Below, piece by piece: positions 17,201 through 24,783 of a stretch of DNA of 43,256 bases (the first letter of the stretch is position 1; each line of letters opens with the position of its first letter). The notes beneath the pieces were generated by a model that saw only the letters and a program-made list of their open reading frames with translations, was not told where the DNA came from and did no database searches. Origin of the DNA: an uncultured Deferribacteres bacterium (GTDB lineage: Bacteria; Zhuqueibacterota; Zhuqueibacteria; Zhuqueibacterales; Geothermadaptataceae); contig CAXHAT010000048.1 in the NCBI GenBank assembly GCA_964014485.1, positions 1-43,256 on the forward strand. Direction: 5' to 3'. The translations under genes and the position numbers were made by a program.

Positions 17201-17771
17201 GGTTTTCGTTGGCCAGGATATCGATATGGTCGTCGAGTACAGCGTGCAAGGAACGCCAATTCTCGAGGGTGAATCATTTGTTGTTCGACTGACTGTGGAC
17301 GGAGAGACTTTCAATTTCACAGAATCGAACGGCGTCCGTCTCAACGAGCAAGCGATGACCATGGCTTTTACCCACAAATTTACTCAGGAAGGGATGTTCA
17401 CCGCTCACATCCAGGTTGACGTCGATGATGCAATTGAAGAGGATAACGATGAAAACAATATTTTAGAAGTTCCGATTACCGTTTCTCCAGGCAAAGTCGT
17501 CGTAAAACGGAATCCGTTCACGCCCAACAATGACGGCGTCAACGATGAAGTGATTTTCAGCCTGGAAGAGTTGAGCGTTTCAAGCGGCGAGTTGATGATT
17601 TTCAGTTTAAGCGGGCGATTAGTTTACAAAAAGCGGTTTGACTCCCAGATCGATGTCACCTGGAACGGCCGCGATGCGAACGGCACAGATCAATTGCCCG
17701 GCGTTTACATTTTTGTTCTGAATGGGAATAACAAAAGATTGGACGAAGGCTATGTTACACTTGCGCGTTAG
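14220..17771 (+). CDS. Secreted adhesin-like protein: Big_5-like Ig, FG-GAP/VCBS propeller, two ASH/choice-of-anchor-D Ig domains, cadherin-like domains, CARDB, T9SS type-B (gliding motility-associated) CTD
   Basis: Signal peptide ending 'AYG-Q'; 'GDFNDDGLVDIIV', 'GDFEGDGDVDFA', 'ADFNRDGVDDIV'; 'VDFGDVFVG', 'TNDGNADL..INSNDPD'; 'VNDPPVI'; 'PDLVAENL..VDVDDAIEEDNDENN'; C-terminus 'NPFTPNNDGVND..IFSLSGRLVY..WNGRD..PGVYIFVL..GYVTLAR'. ATGA overlap with the upstream gene. Confidence 0.88.
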   Translation: MKTERQKQTIFQQSALKNAAFILGFLLLIVAGKAYGQGLSPDQTIPVQNSVLALPDAPIELTYPEEIDAASLQNELFTIYGEHNGYYSIGSVQLLNEQKTISITATPNFLEGENIVFMMRDGVKTDGGQSVTPFRLEFRVSNRAGIIHDEFFPVDVDLISGESRPVRLTAGRFDEDEYIDLAVISHASNQVTVLRNDRGLSFTEMWAGTIAKPAETPIKNLGPSDVASGDFNDDGLVDIIVSFTGSGRVYILYKTGPASFEPYLVKDAVDGLGNQPSAITVGHFDNNDRLDFAVAFESGNPTKLFKNIGNDQVDGRARFRSSRSEDLHAANETKLVDLVHGDFEGDGDVDFAAIFQGSRSLIYWINEGSGGFGEGQRIALEALPISVRLQNVKGALGNDGASAFKEIAVLTSTMPSLAKSAAVQVLDSGRLEVFEFEKGPILGEFSLVKQTPFSFLPAAFSPISIDGDPNLEFAARDNSMDFIVVGRIEEEDTSGERLDYVLFDENAPRTLESDALNGAKDVITADFNRDGVDDIVYASELLPKLRYLRSRCAAPKQFFVDFGDVFVGNDSIIVKPIQLENSIPVRVKIVWNDKEHYRITPEEFDLPPNGVQNLTIQFSPTDTVAYPLIAEIQTDLPDAAECATELSLNGRGIRVVFNLNSEACQFPVTPPNSVSNCPILVTNDGNADLILNGFRLLSGLSEFKLPDLSGDFIVPANSSREIIAVFCPDEIGVFEDTLVINSNDPDAPQRRVILRGESTTNFPVFCDTTSVTATEDEEFCLLIKQGACSTSVGDEAVCQIRVFEDPDNEALKFRFVDVPSWITEIDTINYTAKGTPGEGDLDTTIKVVAYKQFVEVTREIAIKVEPVNDPPVIENLPETVTIDENDFLEFTVIASDPEDSLLTIFAEFPSDICGESDFVQDSETTGIFSWIPGFGCAHTHVIQFFAREKHKHDQPPPLTSAPGVLTIEVGRLIPDLVAENLSLSFMGKSVAPNEVFVGQDIDMVVEYSVQGTPILEGESFVVRLTVDGETFNFTESNGVRLNEQAMTMAFTHKFTQEGMFTAHIQVDVDDAIEEDNDENNILEVPITVSPGKVVVKRNPFTPNNDGVNDEVIFSLEELSVSSGELMIFSLSGRLVYKKRFDSQIDVTWNGRDANGTDQLPGVYIFVLNGNNKRLDEGYVTLAR

Positions 17772-19635
17772 ACGAGTATCGGCGTTCACGCTGTTTTGCT
17801 TGATAGGCATGGCTGGCTTTGGGCAAGCGCAGGTCGGTTCAAATTATTTTGAAGCCGGGCCTACCAATATTTATGATTGGCGATCTTCATTGGTCAATCC
17901 GTCGATCAGTGCATTGCAGACAGGAGCTTTGGAAGTTGGATATAAAGCATTTCAAGTCGGATTTGGCAATGGCGGCGACGGCGCCTTACGGGCCGGATAC
18001 GCCATTCTCAACATGCCCCGGCGCCTGCCGAACAACATCGGTTTTGGACTGCAAAGCCAAACATTCCAGTCGATGATGTATAACGAAACGGAACTTCGAG
18101 TCCTGCTTAATCGCAGCATGTCGTCGATGTTTTCGATAGGTGCGAGCTTTGGCTTTTTCAATGTTTCATTCGATCAGGAACATTTTCAGGACGTCCAGCC
18201 TAACGATCCCGTTTTTGCCAATGGTTATTCATTTTGGCGCCCGGACGTCAATCTTGGCGTCACTTTTACGCCGAACAATACGCTGATCATTGGGCTGGGC
18301 GTCGAACATGTCAACAGCCCGAGCGTGGCTTTGGCGCAACCTGCAATTAATTTAAAACCTGCTATTACTTTCGGAATAAGCTACTCGTTCGGCTCGGCCA
18401 CGATTCAAACGAGCAGCAAGAAAGACCAAACGAGCTTCACGCCGCGTTCGACGATCCAATTCAATGATGAACGGCTTGGCTTTGTTCAGGGAAGCGTTGA
18501 CAAGAACGCTATCCGTCTGCTTTCCCACTTAAACGTCTCGGGTCCGTTTGCAGTCGGATACGGCGTAAATTACCCGATTGGGGAATTAGCGGGAACCAGC
18601 GTTGGAAATCACGAAGTTGCGATGATTTATGAATTTGACAAAATAGTTCGAGGCGGTAAGCTGGGAGGCCTTCCTGATGATTGGCAGGCAAATGTTCCTG
18701 AAATGCCTCGCATTCGAATCGCTCCCCAATTTATGGTTTTGGCCGATGAGCAAACCGTCAGCATCGCATCGAATTACATAACCAGGCATATCGAAGATTT
18801 GGACAGCGCTGCATTAAGCAAGTTGACAAAATTTGACTTGGGCCTGAGTGACGATTCTTTGACGACAGAATCCCCGTTCCTCGACGGGCAGCTTGCTCTT
18901 TCTGAAGCCGATACTATGAACGGCTATTTTGACCGGACGGATAGGATTCCGCCTGGAATCAGCCTTGCCGACACGGCTGCGACTCAAAAAGGCGGGTTTC
19001 AGACAGAGATGTTTTACCTGAGCTTTCTTGATTCATTAGGTCGTACGCTAAAATCCGACGGCAGGAAAAAAGCTATAATCGTTACGCCCGACCAACAGTT
19101 GAATCGCGCCCAGCACATTCGAAACTATATGACGCTGCACAACAACGTGCCCGAGCATCAGTTTCAAATAAAGAAGCTGGAGGAAGGGAAGCAGACGAAA
19201 TCAGACATAACCATCCAGGTTTGGAAAGATTTTGATATTCCAAAACATGACACAATTCGCGTCGCGTCTCCAGGGTCGGTGGAATTGACCGTCTTTCCGA
19301 TAGATTCTAGTATGTATGATAGAACCTGGACTTTCGTCGTCGAAGATTCCAGCGGAAAACGCGTCTACATGCGAGAAGGCAAGGGGGACGAGAAGCAAAC
19401 CTTTGTTTGGGATTGGACTGATATGAACAAGAACGATCCTGATCCGTCCCAAAATATTATTTCTCACGGATTTTATCGCTACTATGTGGAGTGGCTTGAA
19501 GATGAAGAACGATTCCGCTCCGCCAAACAAGTTTTTTACGCACGCGAGATTAGGAGCAAGATTGAAATTGGCATTTCAAAAAATTACCCCGGGAAAATTG
19601 AAAGAAAGGAAGAAAAACGGCAACGCGGTAATTGA
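17752..19635 (+). CDS. PorP/SprF-family outer-membrane beta-barrel with a ~330-aa C-terminal extension
   Basis: Signal peptide ending 'GQA-Q'; PorP-like 'SLVNPS', 'NDPVF', 'IGLGVEHVNSP', barrel end 'GNHEVAMIYEF'. It directly follows a type-B CTD gene, which is the established PorP/SprF synteny. Confidence 0.75.
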   Translation: MLHLRVRRVSAFTLFCLIGMAGFGQAQVGSNYFEAGPTNIYDWRSSLVNPSISALQTGALEVGYKAFQVGFGNGGDGALRAGYAILNMPRRLPNNIGFGLQSQTFQSMMYNETELRVLLNRSMSSMFSIGASFGFFNVSFDQEHFQDVQPNDPVFANGYSFWRPDVNLGVTFTPNNTLIIGLGVEHVNSPSVALAQPAINLKPAITFGISYSFGSATIQTSSKKDQTSFTPRSTIQFNDERLGFVQGSVDKNAIRLLSHLNVSGPFAVGYGVNYPIGELAGTSVGNHEVAMIYEFDKIVRGGKLGGLPDDWQANVPEMPRIRIAPQFMVLADEQTVSIASNYITRHIEDLDSAALSKLTKFDLGLSDDSLTTESPFLDGQLALSEADTMNGYFDRTDRIPPGISLADTAATQKGGFQTEMFYLSFLDSLGRTLKSDGRKKAIIVTPDQQLNRAQHIRNYMTLHNNVPEHQFQIKKLEEGKQTKSDITIQVWKDFDIPKHDTIRVASPGSVELTVFPIDSSMYDRTWTFVVEDSSGKRVYMREGKGDEKQTFVWDWTDMNKNDPDPSQNIISHGFYRYYVEWLEDEERFRSAKQVFYAREIRSKIEIGISKNYPGKIERKEEKRQRGN

Positions 19636-19676
19636 GCGATTTTAAGGATTTTGATTAACTGAAGAAAGGTGAGACA

Positions 19677-21347
19677 GTGAATTTCGGAATAAGTAAAAGA
19701 ACGCTTTGGGGGTTACTAGTCACGCTGTGTTTTCTAATAGTAGTTGACTTTGGATTAGCGAACCCGCTGCAAGAAACGCAATCCGAAAATCCGACAGCGA
19801 CGCAACAAGATTCAACCGGACAAACAACGCCCGTCTCGGAGCTGGATGCTGTTGCCGCTAAACAACAAGAGGTTACAACACAGGCTGAAACGTTCATTGG
19901 CCTCATCACCCTTGGCGGAATCATTGCGTATGTTATCGTAGGCGTATTCATTGTGGGCGTCGTTTTTCTTTTCTGGAACGCCATCGAATTGTTCCTGGAC
20001 TATAGAAACTCAAAAGAACTGATGACGCTTAAGTTTAGCGAAATTAGCTTGGATCAGCTTAAAAATTCGTTGGAGAACCGTCAAGAATCACACTTGCGCG
20101 GGCTTTTACAGCATATCATCCTCTTTTATGAAGCGGGCGACAGCGCAACAGAAATTCATGAAGAGCTGGTGGGGCACATCAATGTTAAAACTGAAAGCTA
20201 CGAAACATACCGTAACTGGCTGGGATTTCTTGCAGATGCAGCCGGCGGCCTGGGTTTGCTAGGAACGGTCTGGGGAATTTTTCGGACTTTCTTCGGCGGC
20301 GCGCTTGATCCTGATAAAATTTTGAACGGCATGGGCATCGCCTTGATTACTACGCTGGTCGGAGTTGGCGTTAGCTTGATTATCAATTTTGGGGGCACGA
20401 AACTCTTTGGCACTTTTAATAAGCGAATGAAAGATATTGCCGAGAAAGCCGATGAGCTTCGTCTCCACTTACTTGGCCTCGATTCGCAGAAAGCGCACAA
20501 AAGAATATCGAAAAGCAGCCATTTTGTGCCTGGCGGGGAGAATACAACCGTAGCGGCGACCAACGGCAATGCCCCTGAAGTCGATTTCGGAGAATTCTTG
20601 CAAGACCTAAAAACGACCATTGCAGATTCAATTGGAACGCGCACGGTTGAAAACGTAAGCACAAAAACGAAACGCAGTACAGCCGTAGATGTTGTTCGCG
20701 ATGCTCCTGGTTTTGTTTTTGAAATCGACGACTCCTTGCCTGCGACGATCTCCTCCGGAGCTACGCTGCAAAAGGCGCTGAAGCTTACTTTGCTCGACCA
20801 GGCGGGATTGCCAATCCAGAAAGCCAAAGTCTTTTTTAGTGCTGAGGGCGCGGTGCACTTCGACAATAAGAAAAACAAAATCGACCGGCCTACGGATAAA
20901 AAAGGTGAGATCGCCGTCAATATTCACGCTGAAGAAAAAACCGGACACGGTGAAATTCGATTCTGGCTCGAAAACTACATGGATGACGCCGAGATTGTCG
21001 AATTCAATGTTACAGCCAGCGTGCCGGAGAAAATTGCTATCGACGGCGGAGACGATCAAATCGGATTTGTTGGGCAGGCGCTGTCTCAGCCTCTGCAAGT
21101 GGTTGTGCGAGATCGGTTTGACAACTTGGTGGAAAATGCTGAAATAGCCTTCGATGCGGTTGACGGCGACGGCGTGATTAACGGGCTTCAAAAACAATGT
21201 ATTATTCGCACCGATAAAAACGGATATGCGGAAGCCACCTACACTTTAGGCAGAAAAACGCATTTTCACACAATCAATGCGAAAATAAAAAACGGCAAGG
21301 GCGATTCTGTGGTTTTCCATGTTTTAGGAAAAGCGAAAAATGCTTAA
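19677..21347 (+). CDS. MotA/TolQ/ExbB proton-channel protein fused to two C-terminal Big_1 (invasin/intimin-type) Ig-like domains
   Basis: Signal peptide plus 3 TMs; 'LGLLGTVWGI' and 'GMGIALITTLVG' channel motifs; tail 'GGDDQIGFVGQALSQPLQVVVRDRFDNLVENAEIAF..TDKNGYAEATYTLG'. GAAAGGTG RBS, GTG start. Confidence 0.88.
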   Translation: MNFGISKRTLWGLLVTLCFLIVVDFGLANPLQETQSENPTATQQDSTGQTTPVSELDAVAAKQQEVTTQAETFIGLITLGGIIAYVIVGVFIVGVVFLFWNAIELFLDYRNSKELMTLKFSEISLDQLKNSLENRQESHLRGLLQHIILFYEAGDSATEIHEELVGHINVKTESYETYRNWLGFLADAAGGLGLLGTVWGIFRTFFGGALDPDKILNGMGIALITTLVGVGVSLIINFGGTKLFGTFNKRMKDIAEKADELRLHLLGLDSQKAHKRISKSSHFVPGGENTTVAATNGNAPEVDFGEFLQDLKTTIADSIGTRTVENVSTKTKRSTAVDVVRDAPGFVFEIDDSLPATISSGATLQKALKLTLLDQAGLPIQKAKVFFSAEGAVHFDNKKNKIDRPTDKKGEIAVNIHAEEKTGHGEIRFWLENYMDDAEIVEFNVTASVPEKIAIDGGDDQIGFVGQALSQPLQVVVRDRFDNLVENAEIAFDAVDGDGVINGLQKQCIIRTDKNGYAEATYTLGRKTHFHTINAKIKNGKGDSVVFHVLGKAKNA

Positions 21348-21771
21348 GAGGAAGCGGCGCAGAAAATACGCCAGCGGCCTGATGGTGCGCTTGATAGACA
21401 TCGTGTTCATTCTTCTGTTTGGCTTCGTCGCCATCTCGGAAGTTGACAGGATGAGCAAGGTTAAATTGGCAAAAAGCGATTCAGTTTCAAAAAATCGTCC
21501 TGAACAAAAAACGGTCATCTATATTAGCATTCCAGCCGACGGCGTTTACTGGGTTGAGAATGAAACGAGACGCCTAGACACGATTCAAGAAGTTGAGCGG
21601 TATATTCTGCAAAAACGCGATCAATATGCAGAGAAAAACATTGATCTGGACGTTCGAATTCGAGCGAGTCACAACTCTGCAGTCAAGTATGCTTTTCCGG
21701 TCGTCAGGCGCTGCCAGAATATGAATGTTCATGTTGAAATGGACGTTATTCGGCAAGAAAGCAGTACATAA
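21340..21771 (+). CDS. ExbD/TolR family protein 1
   Basis: Basic N-terminus, TM 'LIDIVFILLFGF' with the conserved Asp, periplasmic domain 'VRIRASHNSAVKYAFPVV'. Confidence 0.85.
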   Translation: MLKRKRRRKYASGLMVRLIDIVFILLFGFVAISEVDRMSKVKLAKSDSVSKNRPEQKTVIYISIPADGVYWVENETRRLDTIQEVERYILQKRDQYAEKNIDLDVRIRASHNSAVKYAFPVVRRCQNMNVHVEMDVIRQESST

Positions 21772-21789
21772 AACCAAGGAATTTGTGTT

Positions 21790-22212
21790 GTGAAAGGCGG
21801 CATGATCATTCGGTTAATTGATATTGTCTTGATAATCTTGTTTGGTTTTATTGGCATCAGCGACATACAAATCAAACGACAAATCAAATTAGCCGGCAAA
21901 CCTTTAGAACAGCCAGAATCGGACGAAGAGCCCAAAGAAACAGTCCAATTGTTTGTTCTTATTCACTCCAAAGATCGCTTCGAACTTAAGGTCGATGAAA
22001 CGATTTTTCTGGAAGTCAATAACATAAAAAGTCTGCGTAGAGCGCTCCTTGACCAGCGTCGTGAAGCTTTCAACGCGGGCAAAAATTTTCTTGTTATCAT
22101 TGATCCTTTGGAAGAATCAACCATTCAGCTCATGGTCGATGTTTACGATCTCTGTGAAAAAGAAAAAATAAATAAAAGCATAGACTTTCAGCTTTCCGAG
22201 AGTTCCTCATGA
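21790..22212 (+). CDS. ExbD/TolR family protein 2
   Basis: TM 'LIDIVLIILFGF' with the conserved Asp; 'LVIIDPLEESTIQLMVDVYDLC' matches the ExbD periplasmic beta-alpha element. Confidence 0.85.
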   Translation: MKGGMIIRLIDIVLIILFGFIGISDIQIKRQIKLAGKPLEQPESDEEPKETVQLFVLIHSKDRFELKVDETIFLEVNNIKSLRRALLDQRREAFNAGKNFLVIIDPLEESTIQLMVDVYDLCEKEKINKSIDFQLSESSS

Positions 22213-23267
22213 CCCAGGATCAAAAGCAAAAAATCTCAACCGCTGTTTTATCGGCGATTTTTCTACTTTTGGTATTCCTGCTCATGGCGGTTTCCAAAGT
22301 GCCGAAGAATGACGTCAGCGAAGTGATCGCAAAAATCGATGTAGACATGCTGGCGAAGTTTGAGCCGAAAAAGATCGAATTTAAGAAGCCAGAACCTGAA
22401 AAAGAAGAACCTGAAGAAATCGAGAAAGAGCCTGAGCCTGAAGAAACCACGGAAGAAGTCCCCGAAGAAGTTGACGTTCAACCTGACCAGACGGTTGAAA
22501 GGGTTGAATTGAATTTGGATGTTTTCAAGCAGCTAAACGCAGGAGAAGTTCAGGCTCCAACGAAAACGATTGAAGCGCCTGGACGCGCAACACCGGAATT
22601 GCCGTCGGTAGACATAAATAAGCGCAAAGCGACGGTGAAAGTGGCAGGCCCTACTTTGGTTGATGATCAATCGACGCTAACCTCTTTCAGCAGAAAAAAC
22701 AATGCGGCGAATTTGGACATCGAGGCGGGAACGGTCAAGGATGCAGCGCCTGGGCAAACATCTTACGGAACCGATGGAGGAGCCGACGATCAAGGCAGGC
22801 AGACGCTTGGGACGAGTACTGGCCCTCAGATTACAATGGTTAGCAAAGCCGCCTTGAGAAGAGGGAAGGTTGAGCTTATTAACCTGAACGCCCTCATAAA
22901 GTGGATGAAGGAAAACCCGGCTGACTTTGACCGTGTAATCAAAAATTTTGTTGAGTATAAAACGGGGGCTTTGACTTCTCGCGCAACCTTCAAAATCAAA
23001 GGCCAAAGCTTTGAGCTTTACATTATGTGTTTCGAAGCGACGTCTGAAGTCAGGATTGCGCTTATCGAAGGCAATCAAGTGATCAGGCTGATCGATCAAG
23101 GATTTACCGGTGAGAATGAGCAGTTTGTCATCGGCAGCGTTTTGCGGGCTGGAAAGAAAATACTCGGATTCAATACATCGCAAAAACCAATTGGGGATGA
23201 GCAAAGTTCAAACTTTAACCAAATTGTAGTCTCGTGGTGGGAGAGTGTCAAAGATGAAGTTTTATAG
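22209..23267 (+). CDS. TonB/TolA-like single-pass protein with Pro/Glu/Lys-rich linker and unrecognised C-terminal domain
   Basis: N-terminal TM, 'KKPEPEKEEPEEIEKEPEPEE' linker, long low-complexity segment, globular ~130-aa C-domain; ATGA-coupled to exbD2. Confidence 0.7.
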   Translation: MTQDQKQKISTAVLSAIFLLLVFLLMAVSKVPKNDVSEVIAKIDVDMLAKFEPKKIEFKKPEPEKEEPEEIEKEPEPEETTEEVPEEVDVQPDQTVERVELNLDVFKQLNAGEVQAPTKTIEAPGRATPELPSVDINKRKATVKVAGPTLVDDQSTLTSFSRKNNAANLDIEAGTVKDAAPGQTSYGTDGGADDQGRQTLGTSTGPQITMVSKAALRRGKVELINLNALIKWMKENPADFDRVIKNFVEYKTGALTSRATFKIKGQSFELYIMCFEATSEVRIALIEGNQVIRLIDQGFTGENEQFVIGSVLRAGKKILGFNTSQKPIGDEQSSNFNQIVVSWWESVKDEVL

Positions 23268-24783
23268 GCTGAAATTAATTTTAACCGCGGGGACAATTTA
23301 CTGCGCAATGTTTGCTTTTCAAGGCTGCGCAACAAAAATTAAAACAGTGTACGTGCCTGCCGGTGTGGATTCGACGATTTCGCAAATGGCTGACTCAATA
23401 GCGCACACACTTTTTGTTGAATATGAAAAACAAGAACGCGCGCAGCGAATGTCTGACTCCGCCCAGGCTCTGTTCATCGTCGCCGACGATCTTTGGGAGT
23501 TGTTAAAAAAAGATTCCGGTCGAACCGGAAGCGTCAATTCAGCGGATTCGATTGAAGCCATCCGCAAAAGCAACGTGGCGGCTCAAAACATATTGAGTTC
23601 CGCCAACCTGCAAAATGACAATTCGATTCCTGAGGAATCCAAACGCGAACAAATCTATACTCACCTTGACAACGCACGCGCTTTGCTCGAAGAAGCGATC
23701 AAGCTGAACCCGTTTGATACGCAGGCCCGCGATTACCTTGCTCTAACGTACAGCACTCTTGCACAAAGATTTGAAGAAGATCAATATTGGGGCCTTACCG
23801 CTGAAGTTCTGACGCTTTTGTTGAGAATGGACCAAAGCCAGCATATTCTTTACTCTCGCCTGGCCAGATGTTATACCGAAGTTGACCGATGGGATAAAGC
23901 GCTGGAAAATTATAAAAATGCGGAAGAAGTTCTTGTTGAATCCGCGGTTTTTGAAGTGCCGAAAGATCAGCCGCTGAACCAGCAAACAGAGGCGGCGGCG
24001 CTGGATTCGAACAGCCTTTACATTTATGTGCTCAACCAAGCCATTTCACATATGCGCCTTTTTGAGGAAGAACCGACGTTTGTTCAATTGGATCGCGCAA
24101 AAGTCTTGGCTAGAACGGAAGAACAGCAAGAAAATGTAAAGACGTTTTATGATGCAGGCATGTGGGACGGCAGGAACCTCGTTGCGACGGACAAGCGAGA
24201 CACTTTGAGCGCCTATCTTGGACGCAAAGATTATAATGCGGCGGCAAAACTTTGTGAAGAGCTTTTGCCCAATTTGCGCACGCCCAAAGCGACGCAGGAA
24301 ATCAAGTGGCAGTTAGCAACTTTGGAATATATTGAATTAGATAAAAAAGACGCCGGGTTGACCAGAATGAAGCAAGTCGTCGATTTCTATGCCAACGACA
24401 GTTTGGGAATGGCGCTGGCGGAAACAGACACGATGTATCAATACTATCTTGATCGTTACGGCGTCATGTGCTTCAATAGCGGCCAAACTGCGGAAGAAAT
24501 AGGACGCGACCAGGTTGGAGCGCTAAAATATTACGAACAGTCCGCAAGTATTCCTTGGCAAAGCCAGGGAAAAGCGTACCTGGCCGTTGCTTCAATCGCC
24601 CAAAATGATCCCGAGAAATCTGTCAATGCGGCGAAAAAAGCGCTGGAACTGCAACGCCAGCTTGATCCGGAAGAAATATGTCAATCGCTGCAGTTGGTCG
24701 TGGCCGGCTACAGAAAAAGGCGCATGACTGATGAAGCACGGCCCTTTTTTCTAAAATATCGCGAATGTGAGGCTACAAACTAA
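23254..24783 (+). CDS. TPR lipoprotein
   Basis: Lipobox 'FQGC' after a hydrophobic leader; TPRs 'LEEAIKLNPFDTQARDYLALTY', 'LYSRLARCYTEVDRWDKALENYKNA'. Overlaps the upstream stop. Confidence 0.85.
   Translation: MKFYRLKLILTAGTIYCAMFAFQGCATKIKTVYVPAGVDSTISQMADSIAHTLFVEYEKQERAQRMSDSAQALFIVADDLWELLKKDSGRTGSVNSADSIEAIRKSNVAAQNILSSANLQNDNSIPEESKREQIYTHLDNARALLEEAIKLNPFDTQARDYLALTYSTLAQRFEEDQYWGLTAEVLTLLLRMDQSQHILYSRLARCYTEVDRWDKALENYKNAEEVLVESAVFEVPKDQPLNQQTEAAALDSNSLYIYVLNQAISHMRLFEEEPTFVQLDRAKVLARTEEQQENVKTFYDAGMWDGRNLVATDKRDTLSAYLGRKDYNAAAKLCEELLPNLRTPKATQEIKWQLATLEYIELDKKDAGLTRMKQVVDFYANDSLGMALAETDTMYQYYLDRYGVMCFNSGQTAEEIGRDQVGALKYYEQSASIPWQSQGKAYLAVASIAQNDPEKSVNAAKKALELQRQLDPEEICQSLQLVVAGYRKRRMTDEARPFFLKYRECEATN

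Noticed and set aside
19677..22212. Zorya (ZorAB) anti-phage system or flagellar MotAB stator
   Set aside because: The partner subunits are short ExbD-type proteins with no OmpA/MotB peptidoglycan-binding domain. The ExbB tail is Ig-like rather than a long helical ZorA tail, and there are no zorC/D/E or flagellar genes.
19677..24783. Ordinary Tol-Pal or TonB iron-uptake locus
   Set aside because: No TolB, Pal or TonB-dependent receptor in or near the operon; the TonB-position protein lacks a recognisable TonB_C.
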